64,000 bases of DNA from Gammaproteobacteria bacterium (GCA_029881035.1 JAOUNI010000002.1:64565-128564), one strand, 5' to 3'. Positions 21,052 to 30,449 are shown, counted from the stretch's first letter. Notes: generated by a model not told the origin, from the letters alone. Program-made: numbers and translations.

Positions 21052-21903
21052 TTACCCGGAAATCTTATTTCTGAGTTTTTCCGCACTGACCACATCAAGA
21101 CCCTGAATAACCCTCAACAAGTAATTGACCTGTTGCCCCATCTGTTCATTCTTATCTCGCTCCAATAAACGAACTGCCGCCTCATAATAAGCCTCAGCCG
21201 CCTGTTTCCATTTACCCTGAGCGTAATAAACATTACCCAATTCGCCATAAATATCCGGGTCACTATCATCAATATTAAGAAGATCTAGATAGCCTCTCTC
21301 AGAATCGTGTATCTCGCCTTTCCAGAATAACTGCCTTGCCATAAACAAACCTTGTTTTGCGTCAATAGATACGCTATCAGTTGCAGAAACACTGGTATTT
21401 TCCCTACTACTAATAACTAAATTATCAGTTTTTTGTTCCACCGAAACCAATACCTTATCCTTTTCATCATTGTTCGATGCAGGCTCAATAGCAAAAGATG
21501 CCTTATCTGCATCAAACAGCATATCAACTTTTTTGTTTATTGAGCTCACAGTTTCAGCCAACACCTCCATAATGGCCGCTGCCCCCTCGGTTTTCTCATC
21601 TGTAGCGATATCTTTACCTGACTCCATAGCCACTGACACTGTTTCTACATTGTCATCCTTTACGGCAACATTATCCACGATCGATTCGCATTCCTTTTGA
21701 ACAGCTACTTCTCCTTGAATATTCGCAGCCAAATATGATGGAATTGAAATTTTGAATTTTTCTTCCGCGTAAGAAAGTGCCGTATTAATATGCTGATTGA
21801 CGTTTGCATGAAATACTATTGAACGGAAATAAATTAATGCTGAAAATGCTAGCAGCAATACAACAAGTTTTATTGGTTTTATTAAAAATCTTAAGACCTT
21901 CAT
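21052..21903 (-). CDS. TPR-like repeat membrane protein
   Basis: 283 aa. N-terminal TM anchor, acidic/Ser-rich middle, C-terminal TPR-like helices (YGELGNVYYAQGKWKQAAEAYYEAAVRLL). Confidence 0.65.
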   Translation of the reverse strand: MKVLRFLIKPIKLVVLLLAFSALIYFRSIVFHANVNQHINTALSYAEEKFKISIPSYLAANIQGEVAVQKECESIVDNVAVKDDNVETVSVAMESGKDIATDEKTEGAAAIMEVLAETVSSINKKVDMLFDADKASFAIEPASNNDEKDKVLVSVEQKTDNLVISSRENTSVSATDSVSIDAKQGLFMARQLFWKGEIHDSERGYLDLLNIDDSDPDIYGELGNVYYAQGKWKQAAEAYYEAAVRLLERDKNEQMGQQVNYLLRVIQGLDVVSAEKLRNKISG

Positions 21904-21919
21904 TTTTTATGCCTCATAT

Positions 21920-22561
21920 CTAATTTATTAGATCTGGATATAGCGCATGCGCCAATTGATCAAATTCTTCTGCACTTTTACTCTTCCCTGAAAGCTCAAA
22001 TATTGAAAGCCCTTCACTTAAGGTACGCCTAAAACTCGTTCTCTGACATAGCCTGTATGGAATTACCCTGAATTTTTCCAGCATTTTTAGTGCCTGTTCT
22101 GCCTCATCGGATTCCCTCACGGCATGATGCGTATCAGCCCTGTTTATAAATGCAACTAATTCTGGATGATTATTATCACCACATGCATCATTAATTATTT
22201 TCAAAAATCTCTGCGTCGCCCATACATCAGGCTGGCTCGGTTGCACTGGAACAATAACTCGGTGAGCAATGCTTATAGCTGCTTTCATCGCATCCATATT
22301 AGCCGCACCCACATCTACTAAAACATGACACGAATGATTATTTAATGTCCCACAAATATCATTACTATCTGCAACACTTACTAACAGCTCAGGCTCAATA
22401 TCATCTTCTCTCCTAACCAATGCAACATCATGCAATGTTTGTTGAGGGTCAAGATCATAGGCAACCACGACTTCACCTTTCATCTTCAGCCAGATAGCAA
22501 GATTGAATGCAACCGTACTTTTGCCTGATCCACCTTTAAGATTTGCGATGACTGTTATCAT
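21920..22561 (-). CDS. Orphan ParA/MinD-like P-loop ATPase. The track ORF extends to 22597; the likely start is MITVIANLKGG
   Basis: Deviant Walker A IANLKGGSGKST with the signature Lys; ParA-type Walker A' and Walker B; no parB or parS nearby. Confidence 0.8.
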   Translation of the reverse strand: MITVIANLKGGSGKSTVAFNLAIWLKMKGEVVVAYDLDPQQTLHDVALVRREDDIEPELLVSVADSNDICGTLNNHSCHVLVDVGAANMDAMKAAISIAHRVIVPVQPSQPDVWATQRFLKIINDACGDNNHPELVAFINRADTHHAVRESDEAEQALKMLEKFRVIPYRLCQRTSFRRTLSEGLSIFELSGKSKSAEEFDQLAHALYPDLIN

Positions 22562-22568
22562 TCTGTAC

Positions 22569-23333
22569 TCACCTGTTAGTGTATTCAGGGCGAACATCTG
22601 GCTGAGATACTATTTTTGCGTAGTCTCCGGGGACACTGAATAAATCATCTGGCTGTTTGGAGACCACGATATTTTTTAGCTCTCTAATATAACCACCTGG
22701 CAACTCTTCTTTTATGGCGATTTTCAGGCCCGGGTCATACCATTGGTAAGATACTGCACTTTTTCCATCTGGACGACTCAACGTTCGCTGCCATTTTTCG
22801 GTATTTCGTCCATTTATTTTTTCCTTTTGTAACATCTTTAACTCTGCCACCGAACCATCTGGAAAAAATTCTCTTATCGCAAGTTTTCTTTTTATATCCA
22901 TCCAGTGAAGAGTCCGTAATTTTCTTCCTCTATTTTCAGAGATGATTTGCCATTTTTCTGTATCGTGTCCGTCGATGTTTTCATTACCCAATTTCTCACA
23001 TATTGCGTTTGATATTTGATCACATGGCGTATCATTATTTTTCTTATTATTTTGCCTATCAAACACTTTCTCCACATATGATTTCAATGGGTTGTTAATA
23101 AGGACTGCCCTACCCTCTTGCGGATAAACAATTTCGACAATCACTTGTTCGTTAACTACAGACTCATTTCTAACCGCTTTTTCACTCACAAATAATTTGG
23201 TCTGTCTCATGTTCTGTTGTGGCGCACTAATCACTGCATCTGCTGAAAACTCTACAATTTTTGGCTCAGCATATGTATTGCCGGTTATAAACACCGAACA
23301 AGCTATAACCAGGATTTTTCTCAGAGCACCCAT
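22569..23333 (-). CDS. Hypothetical secreted protein
   Basis: 254 aa; signal peptide MGALRKILVIACSVFITGNTYA; overlaps or abuts the ParA-like gene. Confidence 0.6.
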   Translation of the reverse strand: MGALRKILVIACSVFITGNTYAEPKIVEFSADAVISAPQQNMRQTKLFVSEKAVRNESVVNEQVIVEIVYPQEGRAVLINNPLKSYVEKVFDRQNNKKNNDTPCDQISNAICEKLGNENIDGHDTEKWQIISENRGRKLRTLHWMDIKRKLAIREFFPDGSVAELKMLQKEKINGRNTEKWQRTLSRPDGKSAVSYQWYDPGLKIAIKEELPGGYIRELKNIVVSKQPDDLFSVPGDYAKIVSQPDVRPEYTNR

Positions 23334-23412
23334 AACACGCTACCATTTATTTTGCATATTGCTAACTTCAACCGAGTTTGTCACATCCCTGTGAACACTC
23401 ATACTTCACTGA

Positions 23413-23865
23413 CTACTGAGCAGGTGCTGGTGCAGGTGCTGCTTGAGGAGCATAACCAGGACCATAATAACCAGGACCGGGGCCGTAACCATAACCAGGA
23501 CCAGGGCCATAACCGTAGCCATTGTTATAACCGTTATAGCCGTTATAGTTATTTCGACCGTAGTAGTCACCAGCACCATTACCATAACCACTACCACGAG
23601 CATTTGAGTTGCCACTCATGTTGAAGCCAAAATTGCCATCGCCAAGGAAATCGCCCATACCATTGCCATTACCCCAACCATTGCCATTATTACCCCAGTT
23701 GTTATTGTTGTTGCCCCAACCATTGTTATTATTATTCCAGGGACCCCACCAGGCATTTGCTGTCATAGGCGTAGCCAGAGCAGCTGCTACCGCTGCAACA
23801 CACAGTACTTTTTTCACGTTTTTCATAATATTTCTCCCCTTCTTCTGAAGGCTATTAAAAGACAC
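23413..23865 (-). CDS. Secreted extremely low-complexity Gly/Asn/Trp/Tyr-rich protein
   Basis: 150 aa. Signal peptide ..ATPMTANA, then WWGPWNNNNNGWGNNNNNWGNNGNGWGNGNG...NYNGYNGYNNGYGYGPGPGYGYGPGPGYYGPGYAPQAAPAPAPAQ. It has the same orientation as its neighbours, and the alternative-frame ORFs lack signal peptides. Confidence 0.6.
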   Translation of the reverse strand: MSFNSLQKKGRNIMKNVKKVLCVAAVAAALATPMTANAWWGPWNNNNNGWGNNNNNWGNNGNGWGNGNGMGDFLGDGNFGFNMSGNSNARGSGYGNGAGDYYGRNNYNGYNGYNNGYGYGPGPGYGYGPGPGYYGPGYAPQAAPAPAPAQ

Positions 23866-23958
23866 AATTTAAATATTAAACTGTTTGCTCTCTGGCCAAA
23901 TCTAACTGAATCATGTCGCAGAGAGCACCGCACGTGACCAGTTTTAAAAATGTTTGTA

Positions 23959-24582
23959 TTACCAGAACCTTGGCCTGGATAATAAACCTGTGTACGGATA
24001 AGAACCGCCAGGATAACCGCCATAACCTAGTCCGTTCGAAATTAAACCCGGATAGATTGATGGTGTAATTAATGGATTGTGATGCATCGTTCCTGGATAA
24101 CCATAAGCACCGCCTAAAGGTAGCAGTGATCTTCCGTAAGCAGTGAATGGATCAGCCGATACAAAATTATTACGATATGAGGAATCATTCTGATGACTCC
24201 ATTGTTTAAATCGCTGATCATGAAGCTTCATATTGTTTTTATTGCTCGGTTTCCGATCTGGAATATTTCCCCATGGCCGTTGACCAGAAAACGTTTTTTT
24301 AGAGTAAGTAGATTTAACTGCTTTCCATGGATTTTTGGTCGTTACCGGTGAATAACGAACTTTATTATCTTCATTAAAAGAGCGACCACTTCCCCATTGC
24401 TTTTCCCCGACACTATTCCGAAAATCAGGGTCAACAGAAGGTGGAGAAAAGTCTGAAAAACTTGATTTTGATACAAAATCTTCCTTCCACTCTGTTGCGC
24501 TCACTGGCTGAAGATAAAGACCACTATTAACAAGCAGCAATATAAGAATTTTATTCAAATAACTATTGTCAGCTATATTCAT
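23959..24582 (-). CDS. Secreted protein with a Gly/Tyr/Pro-rich C-terminal domain
   Basis: 207 aa. Signal peptide; C-terminus ...LPLGGAYGYPGTMHHNPLITPSIYPGLISNGLGYGGYPGGSYPYTGLLSRPRFW. Confidence 0.55.
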   Translation of the reverse strand: MNIADNSYLNKILILLLVNSGLYLQPVSATEWKEDFVSKSSFSDFSPPSVDPDFRNSVGEKQWGSGRSFNEDNKVRYSPVTTKNPWKAVKSTYSKKTFSGQRPWGNIPDRKPSNKNNMKLHDQRFKQWSHQNDSSYRNNFVSADPFTAYGRSLLPLGGAYGYPGTMHHNPLITPSIYPGLISNGLGYGGYPGGSYPYTGLLSRPRFW

Positions 24583-24657
24583 AACATCATCTCTGTATCT
24601 TATATTTCAATTCATTTAACAAAAAACTAACCTGCATCATATTTTTCAACAATGGAA

Positions 24658-25146
24658 CTAGTACCGTTGCCCCTGATACATTGGTTGCTGATAATATTCT
24701 GGCGGCACAGCACCAGGACCGTAAACCGGGCCACGTGCAGAAGGGAAAGGTTGCTGAAATCTATTATCTTGAACGCCGGGAGCACGACCTGAATAAGTAT
24801 TTGGCGCTGGTTGCATTTGATTATAATTCCATTGTGGCTGTTGATTTGGCCGATTCTGAGATTGCATATTTGATTGTTTCATTCGTTGCTCCATCTGAGC
24901 CTGGCGTTGTTTCACCCAATCTGGCACCTCACTGTTTAACTGGTTGGATTGTGCAGAGGGATGCCCATAATTTTTTCTCATATGCGAACAATTTTGAACG
25001 CTCTGATCTGAAGTATATTGATCAGTATCATCAACTGATTTATATGGGCCAGGAGGTGGCATCACATTCTCATAGCTTCCAGCAAAAACTGAATGATTTA
25101 TTGCCATTGTCATAGCAGTCATTAATACTAATATTGTTGTTTTCAT
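24658..25146 (-). CDS. Secreted Gln/Asn/Pro-rich low-complexity protein sharing the PxWVKQRQAQME motif with 19571-20434
   Basis: 162 aa. Signal peptide ..SVFAG; PDWVKQRQAQMEQRMKQSNMQSQNRPNQQPQWNYNQMQPAPN...; 24 bp downstream of the RND gene stop. Confidence 0.55.
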   Translation of the reverse strand: MKTTILVLMTAMTMAINHSVFAGSYENVMPPPGPYKSVDDTDQYTSDQSVQNCSHMRKNYGHPSAQSNQLNSEVPDWVKQRQAQMEQRMKQSNMQSQNRPNQQPQWNYNQMQPAPNTYSGRAPGVQDNRFQQPFPSARGPVYGPGAVPPEYYQQPMYQGQRY

Positions 25147-25170
25147 GCGGTTGCCTTATATAATTTTCTT

Positions 25171-28100
25171 TTATTCTGTTTCCAATCCAGGATTAAGACG
25201 GATTCCTCGTCTTTTCTTCTTCGTTGCAATCTTTTTTTCACTTACGATAACTGTATTTTTTTTATCTTCTGATGACTCACTGATGGATGCGATTTTTTTC
25301 CCAGGTGCTGACTTTTTTTTCACCGCAGTCGCAGCTTTCTCAGCTGCTACTTTCTTCTGTGCTGCAGTCTTCTTTTTCACCACCGGCCTCGATACTTTGG
25401 CGTCACCTACTTTTTCCTGAACCACCTCATTGTTGACAGCCTGATTCTGGTCACTAGTTTGAGTTTGTGAGGAACTTTGATTCACATCTCCATCATTGCC
25501 TGAAACTACCGATGAAGAAACTGGGGCGGGCGTGGGATTACCTCCTGATGAGCCTGAGCCGCCACCATCTGGTGAACTCGGACCGGAACCACCTGAGTCA
25601 CTACTGAATCGTGCAAGCAAACTCTGTATACCCATGCGAACCATCATGACAATCATGCGGCCAATATAGAAAGCCCATGTCACCGCATTAATTAACTGCA
25701 TCCAGATTCTTAACCATAAAGGTAACTGATAAGCCGGAGCTTCAGGCTCACTTACTTTAACTTTAATAGCGGGATTTTCCATGCCTGCCAGCAAATAGAA
25801 CTGCTTGCTGACACTTATACAACCCAACGGAATCACTACCAGAGTTAACACCGTGGCGACACCCGCACCATATAACAGACTGACGGCCATGCCCTTGAAA
25901 ATCAAATCATCAAGAATCATATAGGCACCTGCCATCAACGTTAGCGCCGTGATCAGGATAGGACGCATACGTGCTTTACCTGCCAGCACCACTGCCTCCT
26001 TAATATCCACGCCATTGGCCACCTCATGCTTGACGAACTCAACCAGCAAAATGGAATTTCGCACCACGATCCCTGCCAGCGCGATAAAACCAATCATAGA
26101 TGTGGCAGTAAATTCCGCATTCGCAAACCAGTGCCCAGGAATAATCCCAATGAGCGTCAACGGGATAGGTGCCATAATCAAACCACCGAGAGTAAAATTC
26201 TTGAACTCCCAGACGATCAGTCCATAAATCAGCAACATGGCCGCCATAAATGCGCCGCCCATATCCCTGAATGTTTCATAGGTCACGGTCCATTCACCGC
26301 CCCACTCAAAACCGCTTTCGAAACTATCATCCGGCGGTCCTAACAAACCCATTGGCATGCCAGTCATGGTGACACCGTCAGGTGTCACATAATTTTCGAG
26401 AATATCTTCCACATCAAACATGCCATAAATTGGCGCACCAAGACGTCCTTGCATTTCACCCGTAACGTATTCAACATCACGCAAATCTTTGTGATAAACA
26501 AGCTGGTCCTGTTCTTCTTTGATAAAACGACCTAGCTCAGAAAGCGGCACAGTTTCACCATTAACACCAGTAATTGGCAAATTACCCAGGCGGTTAATTT
26601 GTGAACGCACTCCCATAGGCGCCTGAATCACAATATAAGTTGGTTCCAGTACTACCCCTTTTTTCACATCACCTAGTTTGTAGCCACCCATAACCATAGC
26701 CAGGTTACGATTTATCGCGTCAACAGAAATACCGCGTCGTACTGCTTTTTCAGTATCCACCTCAAAACGCCAGTAATCGTGCGGCGTCGCCATATAATTA
26801 TCAACGTCAACAATACCTTCAGCTTCCCTGAAAATTTCAGTCATATCGCGAGCAACCTGACGACGCGTCTCTGCATCAGGTCCATATATTTCAGCAACCA
26901 CTGTCTGTAATACAGGCGGGCCTGGCGGCATTTCAATAACCTGAATATCAGCGCCTAAACTGTCAGCCATATCTTTTATCAACTCACGTGCATTAACCGC
27001 AATTTCATGACTCGCGCGTTCTCGATCTTCCTTATCAAGCAGCATGACCTGGATGTCAGCTTGCCAAGGCTCCTGCCTTAAATAGTAATGGCGCACCATA
27101 CCATTGAAATTAAACGGAGAGGCCGTGCCTACATAGGTTTGAATTGATGTCACTTCTGGTAATTCACGAAGTTTTGCCGCGAGCTGCGTAGTCACATTAG
27201 CCGTAACTGGCATTGCTGTTCCGTCAGGCATATTGATCACAATATTAAACTCAGGCTTGTTATCAAAAGGCAACATCTTTACAGTAACTGCCTGGGTGTA
27301 AAACAATGAACAAGCAATAAATGTTGCCGCAATTAATAAAAACAGAAACATCAAACCCAATGCCCTGTTATTACATAATGGATTCATGCAAGGGTCATAA
27401 AATTTACCAATCCATGCTGTAATTTTTTCCTCTCGCCTTTCTGCCTTTTCCAGTGCGCCTAACTGTGGACGAACCCGCATTGCAAACCAGGGCACAAAAA
27501 TAAATGCTGCAAATAATGAAAGCATCATAGCGGCCGAACCTAGCACCGGGATGGGTCTCATGTAAGGCCCCATCAAACCACTAACAAAACCCATTGCCAA
27601 TAAAGCAGCGACAATAGCCAATGTTGCCAGGATGGTTGGATTGCCAACCTCTCGCACCGCATCAATAGCAATATTGGTGGTTGTCTTTCCTGCCTTTAAC
27701 CATCGCCTGAAAATATTTTCGACTACCACGGTGGCATCATCGACCAGAATACCGATGGTAAAGACCATGGCAAATAAACTCACACGGTCAATGGTGTAAT
27801 CAAGAAACCACGCCGACCACACCGTCATTAAAATGACCAGTGGTATGATAAAAATGACCACCGATGCAGCACGAAGTCCCAGGCCAATTAAACATAAAAT
27901 ACTGACAGCGACCGTGGCTTCAAATAATGCTATCAGTAACTCATTAACCTTATCGTTGGCTGTTTTCCCGTAATTACGCGTAATGCTAACCTGAACATTA
28001 TCAGGGATAAGATGACCTTTTAAGGATTCAAGTTTTTCCAGCAACTGATTTGCAACTGACACACCATTAGAACCAATTTTCTTTGCCACTGCGATAGTGA

Positions 28101-29052
28101 CTGCTGGTGAATCTATAGTCTCGGGAGTTGAACCATCATGTGCCAGCCCAGTTGAAAAAGCCACCATCTTGCTAGTTTCTTCAGGCGCCTGATAAACCCA
28201 GGCAATATCACGCACATAAACCGGTGAACCTTTTCTGATCGCCACAACAAGATTAGAAACATCTTGTGCGCTTTTTAAGAATGCGCCTGTATAAACGTGA
28301 AAGCTGTCATTATCTCCTTCCACATTACCCGCAGATTGTTCAGCGTTCGCTGTTTTAATTGTGTTGGCAACATCTTCTATGCTAATCCCAAAACCACTCA
28401 AACGTTCTGGAGAAACCTCAACACGTATTTGTTCTGCTCGTCCACCAACAACAAAACCTTTACCTGAATTTGGAACTTCCTCAAGGCGCTGTAGCACATC
28501 CAGTCCCAGGGTACGTAGTACAGAATCATCGATCCCCTGATCTTCTGACCATAAAGTGATAGTCACTACTGGCACATCATCAGTACCTACAGGTTTAACC
28601 AGAGGCATTGAAACGCCTGGAGGAATCTTATCCAGATTCGACTGCAATTTATCATGCACTTTGACAATCGATTCGCCAAAGTCTTCGCCCACTCTGAAAC
28701 GCGCTGTCACCATACCCTGACCACGCGCGCTGGCAGAGTAAACGTGACGCATACCAGGTATTTCACTGATCATGCGTTCTAGCGGATTAACCGCAAGACT
28801 GGCCACCTGTTCTGCCGAAGCACCGGGATACTGAAAAAAGATATCCACCATGGGCACGGAAATCTGTGGATCTTCCTGACGCGGAGTAAACAGCAGCCCC
28901 AGTATGCCAATACCCAAAAAGGCCAGCATTAATAGAGGGGTAACCGGTGAATTTATAAACTGACGGGCAATACGCCCGGCGATACCAAGATTAGCTTCGT
29001 CTAGCTGCAGATCATCATCCTGCAGGTTCTTTTCGTCTATTTCATTTGACAT
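25171..29052 (-). CDS. RND (AcrB/HAE1-like) efflux permease with a ~230-aa C-terminal low-complexity Gly/Ser then Lys/Ala-rich histone-H1-like tail
   Basis: 1293 aa. 12-TM RND architecture with two large periplasmic loops (core ~1060 aa). The tail ...SGGSGPSSPDGGGSGSSGG...KKKTAAQKKVAAEKAATAVKKKSAPGKK...KKKRRG has no counterpart in canonical AcrB/MexB. Confidence 0.9.
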   Translation of the reverse strand: MSNEIDEKNLQDDDLQLDEANLGIAGRIARQFINSPVTPLLMLAFLGIGILGLLFTPRQEDPQISVPMVDIFFQYPGASAEQVASLAVNPLERMISEIPGMRHVYSASARGQGMVTARFRVGEDFGESIVKVHDKLQSNLDKIPPGVSMPLVKPVGTDDVPVVTITLWSEDQGIDDSVLRTLGLDVLQRLEEVPNSGKGFVVGGRAEQIRVEVSPERLSGFGISIEDVANTIKTANAEQSAGNVEGDNDSFHVYTGAFLKSAQDVSNLVVAIRKGSPVYVRDIAWVYQAPEETSKMVAFSTGLAHDGSTPETIDSPAVTIAVAKKIGSNGVSVANQLLEKLESLKGHLIPDNVQVSITRNYGKTANDKVNELLIALFEATVAVSILCLIGLGLRAASVVIFIIPLVILMTVWSAWFLDYTIDRVSLFAMVFTIGILVDDATVVVENIFRRWLKAGKTTTNIAIDAVREVGNPTILATLAIVAALLAMGFVSGLMGPYMRPIPVLGSAAMMLSLFAAFIFVPWFAMRVRPQLGALEKAERREEKITAWIGKFYDPCMNPLCNNRALGLMFLFLLIAATFIACSLFYTQAVTVKMLPFDNKPEFNIVINMPDGTAMPVTANVTTQLAAKLRELPEVTSIQTYVGTASPFNFNGMVRHYYLRQEPWQADIQVMLLDKEDRERASHEIAVNARELIKDMADSLGADIQVIEMPPGPPVLQTVVAEIYGPDAETRRQVARDMTEIFREAEGIVDVDNYMATPHDYWRFEVDTEKAVRRGISVDAINRNLAMVMGGYKLGDVKKGVVLEPTYIVIQAPMGVRSQINRLGNLPITGVNGETVPLSELGRFIKEEQDQLVYHKDLRDVEYVTGEMQGRLGAPIYGMFDVEDILENYVTPDGVTMTGMPMGLLGPPDDSFESGFEWGGEWTVTYETFRDMGGAFMAAMLLIYGLIVWEFKNFTLGGLIMAPIPLTLIGIIPGHWFANAEFTATSMIGFIALAGIVVRNSILLVEFVKHEVANGVDIKEAVVLAGKARMRPILITALTLMAGAYMILDDLIFKGMAVSLLYGAGVATVLTLVVIPLGCISVSKQFYLLAGMENPAIKVKVSEPEAPAYQLPLWLRIWMQLINAVTWAFYIGRMIVMMVRMGIQSLLARFSSDSGGSGPSSPDGGGSGSSGGNPTPAPVSSSVVSGNDGDVNQSSSQTQTSDQNQAVNNEVVQEKVGDAKVSRPVVKKKTAAQKKVAAEKAATAVKKKSAPGKKIASISESSEDKKNTVIVSEKKIATKKKRRGIRLNPGLETE

Positions 29053-29098
29053 TTTTATTCAGCCGGATTTAAAAAAATATTCTATGTGTAACGGATTA

Positions 29099-30415
29099 TT
29101 ATTTAGAGAAATCAGGCGTCCAGCCTGATCGAATACCCGGCGATGGTGAAGCAAAAATTTGCTCCCCAGGGCTAATACCAGATAATACAGCGACATTTTC
29201 ATTATCAACTTCATCACCCAGTCGTACTAGTCGCATCTCGGCACGACCCTCGTGATTAAGTACGAATACAGCTGGTAAACTGCCACGCCGAACAATGGCG
29301 GAGGAAGGAATAATTGGCATATCGGCAATAGGTGTGTTCACATCAGGGATCATTACTTCAGCATACATACCTGGACCACCCGGCACGCCCTCAGGTAAAT
29401 CAAATTTCACAACCACAGTGTGTCTCTGTGAATCCGCGACAGGAAAAATTTGCGCTACGCGCACATCAATGTAAGTATCACCCACGTCCAATTTTGCAGG
29501 CACGACCATATCTTCACTCAGTGCCGACACCAGTCTGGCAGGCACATCAACCTTGAGCTGCAGAAAACGGATATCCGCAAATTGCAATAAAGCCTGGCCA
29601 GGCTGAACCGTGTCGCCGACTTCTGCAACTTTCTTCACAATAACGCCTTCAAATGGCGAAATAGCCCGTGTATCACGTAAGCGCGCATCTATTTCATCAA
29701 TACGCGAACGTGCACCGTGAATTCCACTTTGCGCCTGATCGACGTGCGTACCCTGAGAGTACAGATCCACATCACGGACCACCCATGGATTCAAGCCGTT
29801 ATATGATGGATAACCGCCTGAGGATGGGCCGCCACCAAAACCCATAAATTTTTCAAACATGGAAGGGAAGTACCCCATGCTTGGTGCAGTTTGCTGCTGT
29901 TGCTGCTGCAAAGCCTGTGGCGCCCAGAACTCCCTGGAATATTGAGCTCGTGCATCCTGTAATGTTGATGACCTGCCATAAAGGTCAGCCATTGCCTGTT
30001 GCCGCTGCGCAAGCACATCGTCATCATCAATAGCGACCAGAATCTGGCCTTCGTCAAACCATTCACCTTCACTACCTGCAATAAACTCAACCCGTCCTGG
30101 AGTCTGAGCAGTTAAGGTCACTTCTCTATAAGGCTTAACAGTACCGCCCAATACTACATGTGCACCTGTTTTTGCATTGGTGACAGTGATAATGGATCCA
30201 TGCTGCTTACCACCACGCTGTACAGTCGGGTAGAAAACTTTGCCTGACGTATGCGCCGACTGATTACTGTTATCTGTCCGATAATAGGCTTTTTCGGCCT
30301 GCAACTGAAAAGATATTATTAATGATACTGCGAGCAATAATCGGCTTAATAAATAAGCACTATCTGCCGGCCGCGTAGTAAACCACTGGTTGTTACGCAT
30401 TACTGCTTTCCCCAC
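29099..30415 (-). CDS. RND efflux membrane fusion (periplasmic adaptor) protein with a Gln6/Gly/Tyr/Ser/Pro-rich insertion
   Basis: 438 aa. N-terminal anchor; biotinyl/lipoyl-like and beta-barrel MFP domains; ~45-aa insertion QQQQQQTAPSMGYFPSMFEKFMGFGGGPSSGGYPSYNGLNPW. Confidence 0.85.
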   Translation of the reverse strand: MGKAVMRNNQWFTTRPADSAYLLSRLLLAVSLIISFQLQAEKAYYRTDNSNQSAHTSGKVFYPTVQRGGKQHGSIITVTNAKTGAHVVLGGTVKPYREVTLTAQTPGRVEFIAGSEGEWFDEGQILVAIDDDDVLAQRQQAMADLYGRSSTLQDARAQYSREFWAPQALQQQQQQTAPSMGYFPSMFEKFMGFGGGPSSGGYPSYNGLNPWVVRDVDLYSQGTHVDQAQSGIHGARSRIDEIDARLRDTRAISPFEGVIVKKVAEVGDTVQPGQALLQFADIRFLQLKVDVPARLVSALSEDMVVPAKLDVGDTYIDVRVAQIFPVADSQRHTVVVKFDLPEGVPGGPGMYAEVMIPDVNTPIADMPIIPSSAIVRRGSLPAVFVLNHEGRAEMRLVRLGDEVDNENVAVLSGISPGEQIFASPSPGIRSGWTPDFSK

Positions 30416-30449
30416 AAAACTTAAAGAGATTGAAATCTATAGACGGTAT

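Noticed and set aside
23352-23848. Alternative-frame ORFs over the Gly/Asn/Trp-rich gene (His-rich 23352-23624+, Val/Met/Thr-rich 23406-23615-, Pro/Leu-rich 23609-23848+)
   Set aside because: Low-complexity DNA gives open frames in all phases. Only the - strand 23413-23865 frame has a signal peptide and matches the neighbours' orientation. This cannot be fully excluded without expression data.
21920-25146. Idea that the ParA-like ATPase plus proteins ending in C-terminal Trp form a McdA/McdB carboxysome-positioning pair
   Set aside because: There are no carboxysome (cso/ccm) genes in the window. The partner proteins have TM helices or signal peptides, unlike cytoplasmic McdB. It is kept only as an analogy.
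25145-25420. 91-aa + strand ORF overlapping the RND C-terminal tail
   Set aside because: It is the antisense frame of the Lys/Ala-rich tail coding sequence. The Phe-rich translation is typical of reverse-strand poly-AAG/GCN.
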